Positions 34,311 to 44,321 of a DNA stretch of 64,000 nucleotides are shown one piece after another. Where the stretch lies: positions 675-64,674 of the forward strand of contig CAWISD010000061.1 of assembly GCA_963838615.1 (NCBI GenBank), written 5' to 3'. How positions within the stretch are numbered: the stretch's first letter is position 1; each line of letters opens with the position of its first letter. Position numbers and translations under genes: made by a program. The notes under the pieces were generated by a model. It did not search any database. It saw only the letters and a list, made by a program, of their open reading frames with translations, and was not told the origin of the DNA. Source of the DNA: an uncultured Nitrososphaeraceae archaeon. GTDB taxonomy: Archaea > Thermoproteota > Nitrososphaeria > Nitrososphaerales > Nitrososphaeraceae.

Positions 34311-35063
34311 ATACAGGAATTAAATGTTTGATATAAATTATAATGAATTAGATTAATATCATAGTAACAAAAAAACAAAAATAATTGAGGTAATAATATC
34401 TATTAAAGGAAGATACAGTATTTCGATGTATAAAAATCATTAATTTTTTGTGAACATTTAATCCAAAATCATTTTCAGTCGCTCTTTAATTGTTATACAA
34501 TTTATTCAAACTATATTTTATATAAAAATAATTAATAGTGACATATATTATTATAGGATTTGATTTTCGTATTCTACTTGCTTTTTTTAACAATAAATCA
34601 AATGCTTGATTTATGATTGTATTTTCAATTAGCTCATATTATGGTCTGAAATTGTTATTTCCTCGAATATTGTATTTGAAAAATCTATTTTACCATCTTT
34701 TCAACTTTATTAATAAATCAATATATTTCATATCATATAATGTAAAGTTAATATCCAGTAAAAATAAAAAATATGAGGTATTTTAAGAATTATATAACGG
34801 TAATATAAAATAATATCTTTTAGAATCTAGTATTACTAAATAAATATGCATGTTACTAAATTTATAATATTTTTTATCTATTACCTACTTTATGTAATTT
34901 TTTATATCTATATAATGAATTAGACATTAATTTTAATAGGATTATTCATCGATATGATTTGCGTCATTCATATTTATATAATATATTAATATCTTAAGAA
35001 AGAAATTATTTATTTGTATCAATTTAAAAAAAAGATTTGATAAATATTGTGTTTATCCATTTA

Positions 35064-36157
35064 TTAAAAAAGATTATTGGGTACTCCAGCTGTGAAGGGT
35101 AAAGGTAAATCAATTGTATTGGATGGTATTGATGAATTGGGGAGGTCATGGATATTATGCCTTGGAGATCTATTTGAATTCAAATCATTGCTTTGAGGAT
35201 CTGTTGATTTATGATTATGATGGGTTTTTAATATATTGCTAGTTTTTTTGTTTTCACCAAAATTATTGTTTGTATTTAATCTATTATCTGCTTGTGTTGA
35301 TTGCAATTTATCTTTAGTTCCACTATCACCATGTGATTTTTTTGCTGATTTACCAAATACATCATTAATAAGTGATTTTTTTAAAGTATTATAATTAGAT
35401 ATTTGATCAACTTTTGGTGTACTGAATAATTGGTAATTCACCATTTCGGTATTATTTTTTTGTGATGATTGATAGTTCCACTACCATTGTTATTTGTTGC
35501 TGCTAGTGGTTTGGTTACATTATTAATGTTATTTGTTGCTGCTAGTGGTTTGGTTACATTATTAATGTTATTTGTTGCTGCTAGTGGTTTGGTTACATTA
35601 TTAATGTTATTTGTTGCTGCTAGTGGTTTGGTTACATTATTAATGTTATTTGTTGCTGCTAGTGGTTTGGTTACATTATTAATGTTATTTGTTGCTGCTA
35701 GTGGTTTGGTTACATTATTAATGTTATTTGTTGCTGCTAGTGGTTTGGTTACATTATTAATGTTATTTGTTGCTGCTAGTGGTTTGGTTACATTATTAAT
35801 GTTATTTGTTGCTGCTAGTGGTTTGGTTACATTATTAATGTTATTTGTTGCTGCTAGTGGTTTGGTTACATTATTAATGTTATTTGTTGCTGCTAGTGGT
35901 TTGGTTACATTATTAATGTTATTTGTTGCTGCTAGTGGTTTGGTTAGGCTTACATTAGTACCACTAGTTATTGTAGTCGAAACTGATTTAATTTTAGTTA
36001 AATGACCTGAATTAGGATTTTGATTTAGTTGATCTACAGGTTTTTGTGATCCCTTTACATTGGCCATTTGAGTTATTACAACAATAATTCCAATTACTAT
36101 AACTACTATTAAAAAAAAACTAATATTTTTTTTTGAGAGATTATATTTATTGTTCAT
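35064..36157 (-). CDS. Secreted tandem-repeat protein, paralog 2 (frameshift at the T7 run ~35455-35461)
   Basis: Signal/TM segment followed by (TKPLAATNNINNV)n. One extra base in the homopolymer fuses ORFs 35438..36166 and 35064..35444. Confidence 0.75.
35488..35946. repeat. Perfect 39-bp coding tandem repeat, ~11.7 copies
   Basis: Unit TGTTATTTGTTGCTGCTAGTGGTTTGGTTACATTATTAA is repeated head-to-tail with no spacers. Confidence 0.97.
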
Positions 36158-36398
36158 AAACATCAATTTGTTGATTAATATGATTTATAATAAATTTGAA
36201 TAATGTTGCAGTAACAAATAACATAAATTATTAACATATTAATTTTATTAAAGATTTCATATATAACAAAACACTGTAAAAATTATTTCTATTTTAGTAT
36301 GGATGTCCATACACGCATCATCATCTAATATTAATTCCCCTTTGAATATTCGGATTTAAATTAAAAAGCTATAGATATAAATATAACAATTTAATTAT

Positions 36399-36641
36399 AT
36401 GGAAAATTTTGTTAATAGAAATGCAATAAATAAAATTGAATTATTCTTAGATGAAGGAAAAATGATAAAACTTAAGGAGATTATAAAGGAATTATATGAA
36501 TCAAAATCCATTGAATCAGAAAGTATTGAAGAATTTTTAAAATTAAATGTCTTTATTATATTTACTGAATATGATGCAAATAAACAATCATTAAATAAAT
36601 TTTATAGACAAAATAAAGAATTGTATAAACAAAATCAATAA
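36399..36641 (+). CDS. Hypothetical protein
   Basis: 80-aa ATG ORF with a TATA-like element upstream. Confidence 0.5.
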   Translation: MENFVNRNAINKIELFLDEGKMIKLKEIIKELYESKSIESESIEEFLKLNVFIIFTEYDANKQSLNKFYRQNKELYKQNQ

Positions 36642-36998
36642 ATATAAAACACCTTTTTATAACTTGCTATAATATCTAATTTAATTTCACTATAAAAATT
36701 ATCATAAATTTTTAACAAGATAAAAAATATAAAAAAAATAATTAGTATATGTTACTGTAGTTTTTAATTATTTTTGTCGAAAAGGTTAAAACATATATTA
36801 CAAATTTAATTTGTACGGTGATCAATAAAAAATCATATCTATTACCTAGTTTAGTTAAATGATTACCGCGATAGAATACTCCTTATAATTTTAAAGATAC
36901 AGGTAAAATGATATCTATATCCTGTGAGCCCCTAATGCCTATTATAATAATATTTTAAGAGGAATAAAATAATACGCAATCATATAAATGTCAAATTG

Positions 36999-37448
36999 TT
37001 ATAAGTGGTAAGGTAATGAATCTTTAACTATTTTTTCTGGCAAAATTTTACTCCATTTTTTCAATAATAGGAGATCTTTTTCTTTATCACGTAGTTCATC
37101 AGGTAAAATTATTGGGATTTCTTCAACTATAGGATAAAATCTAAGACAACTATTACAAAACAATAATCCTTCTTCTATTACCATATCAGATTGGGAACGA
37201 TAGTTTGATGTGTTATCACTTTTATTTTCTCCTATTATTTTTGTAGGGTTTGGAATCGGTTTTGAATCGCCAGTAGGGATATGATGATTATTTTGTAAAG
37301 ATGCTTCTGTTTTAGAATCCTTTTCTTTTGGATCAATTATTAAATCCTCATCAATTTTATCTACCTTTTTTATAATAAACTCATACAATTCTAATGACGA
37401 TTCTTTATCAAATGGACAAACAAGAACATCCAGCATTCTACGAATCAT
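36999..37448 (-). CDS. Trm112-like protein with long internal insertion
   Basis: MLDVLVCPFDK..LEL ... IEEGLLFCNSCLRFYPIVEEIPIILPDELR. Confidence 0.85.
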   Translation of the reverse strand: MIRRMLDVLVCPFDKESSLELYEFIIKKVDKIDEDLIIDPKEKDSKTEASLQNNHHIPTGDSKPIPNPTKIIGENKSDNTSNYRSQSDMVIEEGLLFCNSCLRFYPIVEEIPIILPDELRDKEKDLLLLKKWSKILPEKIVKDSLPYHL

Positions 37449-37862
37449 ATTATTTCATATCGCCACACAATGCAATGATTTACCTATAGTATTAATTTTA
37501 GTTGTATATTTAGTAAGTAAACTTATCTTAGGTTCATTAAAAAAATTAAAAATAAAACCATCAATGGTAAAAGAACAATCCATATTATAAATTATGTTAT
37601 TTTATTTATCTATATATTTTTCGATTATTATTTATATTATTGAATAATTATGAATATTTTGTCTTTGGAATCTTCTAATTTTTTATAAATTATAAAAAGC
37701 AAGGTCTCCTGTAGAATTTCTATATTTTTAATTATTTATCTACTTTAATATTCAATCTAAACTTATCAAAATAGTTACTTTTTTTGAAATTAAAGATTAC
37801 GATGAAAAGTATTGAATTGTTTATTTAGTAATTTGAGCGATAAGGATATGAGATCAAATTAT

Positions 37863-38009
37863 TTAATCAATCTTTTGAATTTTTAAAAGTTTTTCACAAT
37901 TAGGACAACTTAGACCCAGAAATTTGAACAATAGATCACCATCTTCGAATTCTTCAGTTTTTAAATGACCTAAATCGATTGTTTCATTACAAAAAGGGCA
38001 TTTTGCCAT
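37863..38009 (-). CDS. 48-aa CPxC/CPxC zinc-finger microprotein (below the ORF-track cutoff)
   Basis: MAKCPFCNETIDLGHLKTEEFEDGDLLFKFLGLSCPNCEKLLKIQKID*, in an otherwise very AT-rich intergenic region. Confidence 0.7.
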   Translation of the reverse strand: MAKCPFCNETIDLGHLKTEEFEDGDLLFKFLGLSCPNCEKLLKIQKID

Positions 38010-38265
38010 ATTTATAAAAGATAAATATATCATATTTAAAATTAATGATATAAAAAAATGTGATACCTAGTTTTTAAATTAAAAAAATAAATAATATAAT
38101 TTAGGTTAAAATTTTAATACTATCATGATATTATTTAATGAGTATTTAATTTTCAATAAAATATATCAATATTCTCAAATATAAGATTATTTTGGTTTTA
38201 TAAAATAGAATATGGTATTCAGAAAAATAAAATAAAATATTAAAAATAAATTATCCATTAATTCA

Positions 38266-39168
38266 TTGAATATATACTTAATGAATGAAGATGGATTAAT
38301 TAGTAGTAAAAAATTAAAAAAAGATTTTAAAACATTTTGTATAATCGGAGATCCTATCAATCATTCATTATCTCCCTTAATACACAACTCCGCTTTTGCC
38401 TCATTAAATTTAAATTATTCTTATATTGCTTTTAAGGTTCCACCTTTGGAACTAGATGAATCAATAAAATCTTTAAAAACTATAAACGTAGCTGGATTTA
38501 ATGTTACCTTACCTCATAAGGTAAATATTATCAATCATATTGATAATTTATCACATAACGCAAAAGTAACAGGTGCTGTTAATACTGTTAATAATGAAAA
38601 TGGCAAATTTGTTGGTTACAATACCGATATTCATGGTGTAATGGCCCCTCTTGAAGAACGGCAAATAAATTTTAAGGATATGGAAATTTTAATATTAGGT
38701 GCAGGCGGCTCATGTAGAGCTGCCTTAGTAGGGCTATCGAAGAAAAAAGATATTAAAAAAATTAATATAGTCAACAGAGACCAAAATAAATTAGATAAAG
38801 TCATAGATTTAGGTAAAGGATTAGGGTTAAGATGTAATCCATTGAATTATGTTAACCAAAAAACTTTAGAGGATATAACTTTTAATTCCAAATTAATTAT
38901 TAATACAACATCTATAGGATTAAATAATGAATCAAGTCCCTTACAATCAAATTTTATGAGTAAAGATGCTTTTGTTTTTGATATAGTTTATAGACCCGTA
39001 TTTACTGATTTGTTAAATAAAGCCAAAGAGGCAGGTTCTAACTTAATTTTTGGTTATGAAATGCTAATACATCAAGCCGCAAAGTCATTTGAAATATGGA
39101 CAGGTATAAAAGCACCAATAAATGTAATGAAAAAAGCATTATTTGGAATTTTTGGTGAACCAAAATAA
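38266..39168 (+). CDS. aroE: Shikimate dehydrogenase
   Basis: IGDPINHSLSP.IHN, GFNVTLPHK, GAVNTV, GYNTD, ILGAGG, MLIHQA. Confidence 0.95.
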   Translation: MNIYLMNEDGLISSKKLKKDFKTFCIIGDPINHSLSPLIHNSAFASLNLNYSYIAFKVPPLELDESIKSLKTINVAGFNVTLPHKVNIINHIDNLSHNAKVTGAVNTVNNENGKFVGYNTDIHGVMAPLEERQINFKDMEILILGAGGSCRAALVGLSKKKDIKKINIVNRDQNKLDKVIDLGKGLGLRCNPLNYVNQKTLEDITFNSKLIINTTSIGLNNESSPLQSNFMSKDAFVFDIVYRPVFTDLLNKAKEAGSNLIFGYEMLIHQAAKSFEIWTGIKAPINVMKKALFGIFGEPK

Positions 39169-40015
39169 ATTGAGAAAACTAACATCTACTTCAACAGTAT
39201 TTGGAGCTATTTCTATAATTAATGCCATCGCAACTGGTAAAGGATCTACTTTAGGAATATCTCTAAAGGTGAAAGCAAAGATAACATTGGAACCGGGTTT
39301 TTCAGGTATTTCAAAGAATTTTGCAAATGACAAACTTATTAATAAAATAATAAAATCCATCATTCCTAATAAAATACTTAACAACAATTTTGTTTCCATT
39401 AATTTAACATCTGAAATTCCTGCTGGTTGGGGTCTAAAAAGTTCCAGTGCTGTTTCTAATGCAATTTCGCTAGCATGTTATAAATTGATTAATGATGAGA
39501 TATATGATAGATCTGTTCTAAATACTGCCGTTAACTCGTCATTGTGGGCAAAAGTAAGTATTACAGGTGCTTTTGATGATGCATGTGCTTGCTATTTTGG
39601 AGGAATAATTTTATCCGATAATTATTATAAAAAATTAATAAAAAGAGAAACGATAAATAATGATCTATGGGTAATAATTTTTTTACCAAACGGTATTTCA
39701 CGAGGGGATATTATGAAATTAAAACTACACAAAGAACTATTTAACCATGCATTTAAGCTGGCAATTAGAGGAGATTATTGGAAGGCAATGAATTTAAATG
39801 GAATATTAATAAATTCAATTCTTTACAACAATTATGATCCTTTGCTTCATGCAATAGAAAACAATTGTTTAGCTGTAAGTTATTCAGGTAATGGTCCCGC
39901 AATCGCAGCTGTTGTCTATAAGGACAACATTGAAAATTTAAAAAACTCTTTGGAGAGTTTTAATGGTAAGTTGATTGTAGCCCAAGTTAATAATTCTAAA
40001 GCTTTTGTAATATGA
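39143..40015 (+). CDS. aroK: Archaeal (GHMP) shikimate kinase
   Basis: GAISIINAIATGKG, SEIPAGWGLKSSSA, SITGAFDDACA, SGNGP. The true start is probably TTG at ~39170. Confidence 0.93.
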   Translation: MEFLVNQNKLRKLTSTSTVFGAISIINAIATGKGSTLGISLKVKAKITLEPGFSGISKNFANDKLINKIIKSIIPNKILNNNFVSINLTSEIPAGWGLKSSSAVSNAISLACYKLINDEIYDRSVLNTAVNSSLWAKVSITGAFDDACACYFGGIILSDNYYKKLIKRETINNDLWVIIFLPNGISRGDIMKLKLHKELFNHAFKLAIRGDYWKAMNLNGILINSILYNNYDPLLHAIENNCLAVSYSGNGPAIAAVVYKDNIENLKNSLESFNGKLIVAQVNNSKAFVI

Positions 40016-40055
40016 CTTTTAAAAATACTTGTTATGAATTATACTGTGAAAATAA

Positions 40056-41501
40056 ATGGTAAAAGTAACAGTTAAAAAATCAAAACTAACTGGCAAAATT
40101 TCATGTCCACCGAGTAAAAGTTATTCTCACAGAGCAATAGTTATATCTACCTTATCAAATGGATTATCTGAATTAGAAAATGTTCTCCTTTCAAGGGATA
40201 CTATCGCCACAATTAATTGTTGTAAAATGCTTGGAAAAACCATTGAAACAATTCCATCAAATGATAAAGAGGATTTATCACTAAATAATGTTGGAAATCT
40301 AAAAATTTCTGGTAATGGAGGTAGATTGGGATTTGATCCTCCTGATGATGTTTTAAATGCTGAAAATTCAGGAACAACTATAAGGCTTTTAACTTCTGTA
40401 AGTGCCCTTGTTAATACTGGTTTTACAATTTTAACCGGTGATAAAAGTTTAAGAAAAAGGCCGATGGGTGATTTGATTGATTCTCTTAATCAATTAGGAG
40501 TTAAATGCTTCTCATCCAAATCTAGTAACACTCCTCCATTAATAGTAAAGGGAGGAGGTATGTATGGAGGAGAAGCTAAAATAAATGGACAAATATCAAG
40601 TCAATTCATTTCCTCATTATTACTCTCTAGCATATATGCCAAAACAAAAGTCACACTCAAGGTTTTGGGAAAACAAGTTTCCAAACCCTATATACTTTCT
40701 ACTATTTCAATAATGAAAAAATTTGGTGTTGAAATAAAAAATATTTCATATGACCTTAATAATGATCAATTTATATCCAATCCTTTACTTCAAAAAAACA
40801 ATTTTTACAATAGGGAATCGCCCATTATTTCATCCCCATTCGATGAAAAAAAAAATAATATTGTAACCGAATTGTATGATATCCCATATGAAAAAGATTA
40901 TTTACCGACTAACTTTACTATACCAGGCGATTTTTCAACTGCAGCATTGCTCTTATCTTCAGCGATATTGAGTGAAGGCGAATTAATTGTATCCAACTTA
41001 GATTTCACATTACCACAAGGAGATGCTAATATTGTCAATATATTGAAAGAAATGGGTGCAGATATAGTAGAAAATAAAATTAACGGAACAATTAAAGTTG
41101 TTGGAAATCGATTACTCGAAGGAGGAAAATTTGATTTAAGGGATACACCTGATCTACTTCCAGTATTATCCATTCTCTCATTAAAATGCAAAAATCCCGT
41201 TGAAATTACAGGGATATCTCATGCTAGATACAAAGAAACAGATAGAGTTGCTATTATTGCTTCTCAATTAGTAAAGTTTGGAGTAGAGATTAAAGAGGAG
41301 TTTGATTCCATCTTTATTAAACCGCCAAGTAGAATAAAAAATGCATCTATTAATTCTTTTGATGATCACAGACTTTTTATGGCATTTTTTATTGCTTCGT
41401 TGGCTTCTGAAGAATCAATTATAGATGGATTAGAATCGGTGGATGTATCTTATCCTAGTTTTATCAACGAGATGAAAAATTTAGGAGTTAAAATGATATA
41501 A
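40056..41501 (+). CDS. aroA: EPSP synthase
   Basis: PPSKSYSHRA, ENSGTTIR, SLRKRPM, SSQFIS, PGDFS, KETDR, DDHR, VSYPSF. Confidence 0.96.
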   Translation: MVKVTVKKSKLTGKISCPPSKSYSHRAIVISTLSNGLSELENVLLSRDTIATINCCKMLGKTIETIPSNDKEDLSLNNVGNLKISGNGGRLGFDPPDDVLNAENSGTTIRLLTSVSALVNTGFTILTGDKSLRKRPMGDLIDSLNQLGVKCFSSKSSNTPPLIVKGGGMYGGEAKINGQISSQFISSLLLSSIYAKTKVTLKVLGKQVSKPYILSTISIMKKFGVEIKNISYDLNNDQFISNPLLQKNNFYNRESPIISSPFDEKKNNIVTELYDIPYEKDYLPTNFTIPGDFSTAALLLSSAILSEGELIVSNLDFTLPQGDANIVNILKEMGADIVENKINGTIKVVGNRLLEGGKFDLRDTPDLLPVLSILSLKCKNPVEITGISHARYKETDRVAIIASQLVKFGVEIKEEFDSIFIKPPSRIKNASINSFDDHRLFMAFFIASLASEESIIDGLESVDVSYPSFINEMKNLGVKMI

Positions 41502-41641
41502 TTGCACATATTTTATCAAATAAATATCAAATCAATAAATGGTAATACAAATATTTGATAAAGCATATTTGAATTATATATTAATAAAGTATATGGTATT
41601 TATTAAAAATAATAATATAGTGGATATAAAATAATTTTTAT

Positions 41642-42766
41642 ATGCCAGCAAACATTCTCGGTGAACGATTTTCAATTACAAGCTTTGGAGAAAGTCATGG
41701 CAAATGTATTGGTACAATTGTTGATGGATGTCCAGCTGGCCTAAAATTAGATGAATCCGATATACAACCTTTATTAAATTTAAGGAGACCCGGCCAATCA
41801 GTAATAACAACACAGAGAAAGGAAACCGATCAGGTTTCTATATTATCTGGAGTATTCCATGGATATACTACAGGCGCTCCTATCTGTTTAATAATTTGGA
41901 ATACTGATGCTGATTCAAGATCTTATGATGAAATAAAGAATACTCCACGACCTGGACATTCAGATTATCCTGCATATTTGAAGTATGGGGGTTTTGCTGA
42001 TTATCGAGGAAGTGGAAGATTTTCTGGGCGTTTAACGGCAACTTTAGTAATGGGAGGAGCTGTAGCATTAAAAATTTTATCAAAATATTTGAATATAGAA
42101 ATAATTAGTTATACACAGTCCATAGGAAATAATATTTGTAATACTGACAACATGTCTTTTGATGAATTATCTCGTAAAAGATATTTAAACGATGTTAGGT
42201 GTCCTGATTCTGAAGTTGCCATGAAAATGAAAGAAGATATATTAGTAGCAAGAAAAGATGGAGATTCTCTTGGTGGCATTATAGAATGTACTACTAAAGG
42301 TATTCCACCTGGTCTTGGAGAACCGATTTTTGAATCAATCGAATCGGAATTGTCTAAAGGACTTTTTAGTATTCCAGCGGTTAAGGGAGTTGAATTTGGC
42401 TCAGGTTTTACTGGATCAAGTCTTAGAGGTTCACAAAATAATGATACTTTTTATATCGAAAAATCCTCTGGGAAAATTTTGACCTGCACTAATAATTCTG
42501 GCGGAATTCTCGGAGGTATAACTAATGGTATGCCTTTAAAAATCAGGATCGCATTCAAACCCGCAGCTTCTATATCGATGACGCAAAAAACAGTAAATGT
42601 TGAAAAAGGTATAGAAACTGATCTGCATGTCAAAGGAAGACATGATCCATGCGTTGTTCCAAGAGCTCCACCTGTTGTTGATAGTGTAGTTGGTATAATA
42701 TTATTAGATCATTGCATTAAATGTAATTTAATACCGCGAGTTTTAAAGGAATTGCATAGTAATTAG
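41642..42766 (+). CDS. aroC: Chorismate synthase
   Basis: FGESHG, PRPGHSD, SGRLTA, DGDSLGG, NNSGGILGG, GRHDPCV. Confidence 0.97.
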   Translation: MPANILGERFSITSFGESHGKCIGTIVDGCPAGLKLDESDIQPLLNLRRPGQSVITTQRKETDQVSILSGVFHGYTTGAPICLIIWNTDADSRSYDEIKNTPRPGHSDYPAYLKYGGFADYRGSGRFSGRLTATLVMGGAVALKILSKYLNIEIISYTQSIGNNICNTDNMSFDELSRKRYLNDVRCPDSEVAMKMKEDILVARKDGDSLGGIIECTTKGIPPGLGEPIFESIESELSKGLFSIPAVKGVEFGSGFTGSSLRGSQNNDTFYIEKSSGKILTCTNNSGGILGGITNGMPLKIRIAFKPAASISMTQKTVNVEKGIETDLHVKGRHDPCVVPRAPPVVDSVVGIILLDHCIKCNLIPRVLKELHSN

Positions 42767-42773
42767 AAAGGAG

Positions 42774-44285
42774 ATGGATGAAATCAAAGTGACTGTAGAT
42801 AATCTAGATGATTTGAGGTATCATATGAAAACAGTTACACAGCAGATAGTATCTTTGATTAACCAAAGAATGGAGATTGCAAAAAAAATTGGCGAAATAA
42901 AAAGCGAATTGAATCTTAATGTAGTTGATGATAAAGTTGAACAAGAAATTAGGAATTTTATTTTGCAAGATTCAAATAATAAAGGATTAGATCCTGATTT
43001 TTCCGGCCGTATTTTAAATTTGCTCATAAATGAATCAGTAATGATTCAAAATTATGAAAAAAATAAAAAGAAATTATTGCTCGACTCCATCTCAAATAAA
43101 GATAAAGTACTTTTAATAGATAACAATTTGGAAAAAAAAGAGATTATTTCAAACAATATGAAAATTCGAACTCATATGGATGTATTTAATAAAGCAAAAC
43201 AATTGGATTCATTGGGTAAAAGAATTATTCATATGGAAGTTGGTGAACCTGATTTTTCGCCGCCTTCTCAAGTAAAAGATGAATTAATATCAATTTATGA
43301 CAAACACCGATATCATTATACCGAAACCGCTGGTATTGGCGAACTTAGAAAAGGATTATCCCATTATTTAACTCAATTTGGTGATAATAAATCTAATCCT
43401 CCAAATCCTGATAATATTCTGATTACAGTTGGTGGTAGATTTGCAATTTTCTGTGCTTTTTCAGCAATACTTAGACCAGGCGATGAAATCATAGTAATAG
43501 AACCTGCATGGCCTGCATACCAAGATTGTGCTAATTATATGGGCGTTAAAACAAAAATTATTAGAACAAACCTAGAAGAAAAATGGGAACCTGACATTTC
43601 GGCAATTGAAGAATGTATAAATATTAATACCAAAATAATTTGTCTTAATTATCCTAATAATCCCACAGGAAAAATTTTAAGCGAAGATAAAATAAAATCA
43701 ATAATTCAGCTAGCAGAGAAAAATAATTTATATATATTAAGTGATGAAGTTTACTGTAATTTTGCTTTTAAAAAATTTTCAAGTATAGTAAAGTTTCCTT
43801 TTCAAAATTCCATTATGGTAGGTTCTTTTTCAAAAACCTACTCCATGACAGGTTTTAGAGTTGGTTTTGCTTATTCAATAAATAAAAAATTAATTGATAA
43901 ATTAATCAAAATTCAATCTTTATCTTTAACATCTGTATCTGAGCCAATGCAATATTGTGCCTTAGCTGCACTATCATCAAATCCTGCTGAATATGCTCAA
44001 ATAATGAAAAAAAGAATTGATTTTGTATGCTCCAAGTTAAAAAATATGCCTTTTGAATTTAACTATCCTGATGGTGCCATGTATATATATGCAAAAATTA
44101 ATGAAGAAATAGCTATAGATGATTTATCGCTAATTGAAAAATTGTTAGAGAGAGGAGTTGCAGTAGCGCCTGGAAGTGGTTTTGGAAATACTTATACAAA
44201 TTATATTCGAATTTCTGCTTGCAACAATGAAGAAAATTTAAACAAAGGCTTGGACATTATTAACCAATTAGTTGATTCATTATAG
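42774..44285 (+). CDS. Chorismate mutase / class I-II PLP aminotransferase fusion
   Basis: N-terminal CM_2-like helix (LR......IVSLINQRMEIAKKIG.IK), then HMEVGEPDF, NYPNNPTG, LSDEVY, SFSKTYSMTGFRVG. Confidence 0.9.
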   Translation: MDEIKVTVDNLDDLRYHMKTVTQQIVSLINQRMEIAKKIGEIKSELNLNVVDDKVEQEIRNFILQDSNNKGLDPDFSGRILNLLINESVMIQNYEKNKKKLLLDSISNKDKVLLIDNNLEKKEIISNNMKIRTHMDVFNKAKQLDSLGKRIIHMEVGEPDFSPPSQVKDELISIYDKHRYHYTETAGIGELRKGLSHYLTQFGDNKSNPPNPDNILITVGGRFAIFCAFSAILRPGDEIIVIEPAWPAYQDCANYMGVKTKIIRTNLEEKWEPDISAIEECININTKIICLNYPNNPTGKILSEDKIKSIIQLAEKNNLYILSDEVYCNFAFKKFSSIVKFPFQNSIMVGSFSKTYSMTGFRVGFAYSINKKLIDKLIKIQSLSLTSVSEPMQYCALAALSSNPAEYAQIMKKRIDFVCSKLKNMPFEFNYPDGAMYIYAKINEEIAIDDLSLIEKLLERGVAVAPGSGFGNTYTNYIRISACNNEENLNKGLDIINQLVDSL

Positions 44286-44321
44286 GTATTATTTATATAT
44301 GATTTATATACCTGAAGAAAA

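Noticed and set aside
35488..35946. CRISPR array
   Set aside because: The units are contiguous and identical with no unique spacers, the period is a multiple of 3 inside an ORF, and no cas genes are present.
35469..36005. Plus-strand 178-aa hydrophobic repeat ORF (LLMLFVAASGLVT)n
   Set aside because: It is the antisense shadow of the repeat. The minus-strand frame has the signal peptide and the paralog-conserved motifs.
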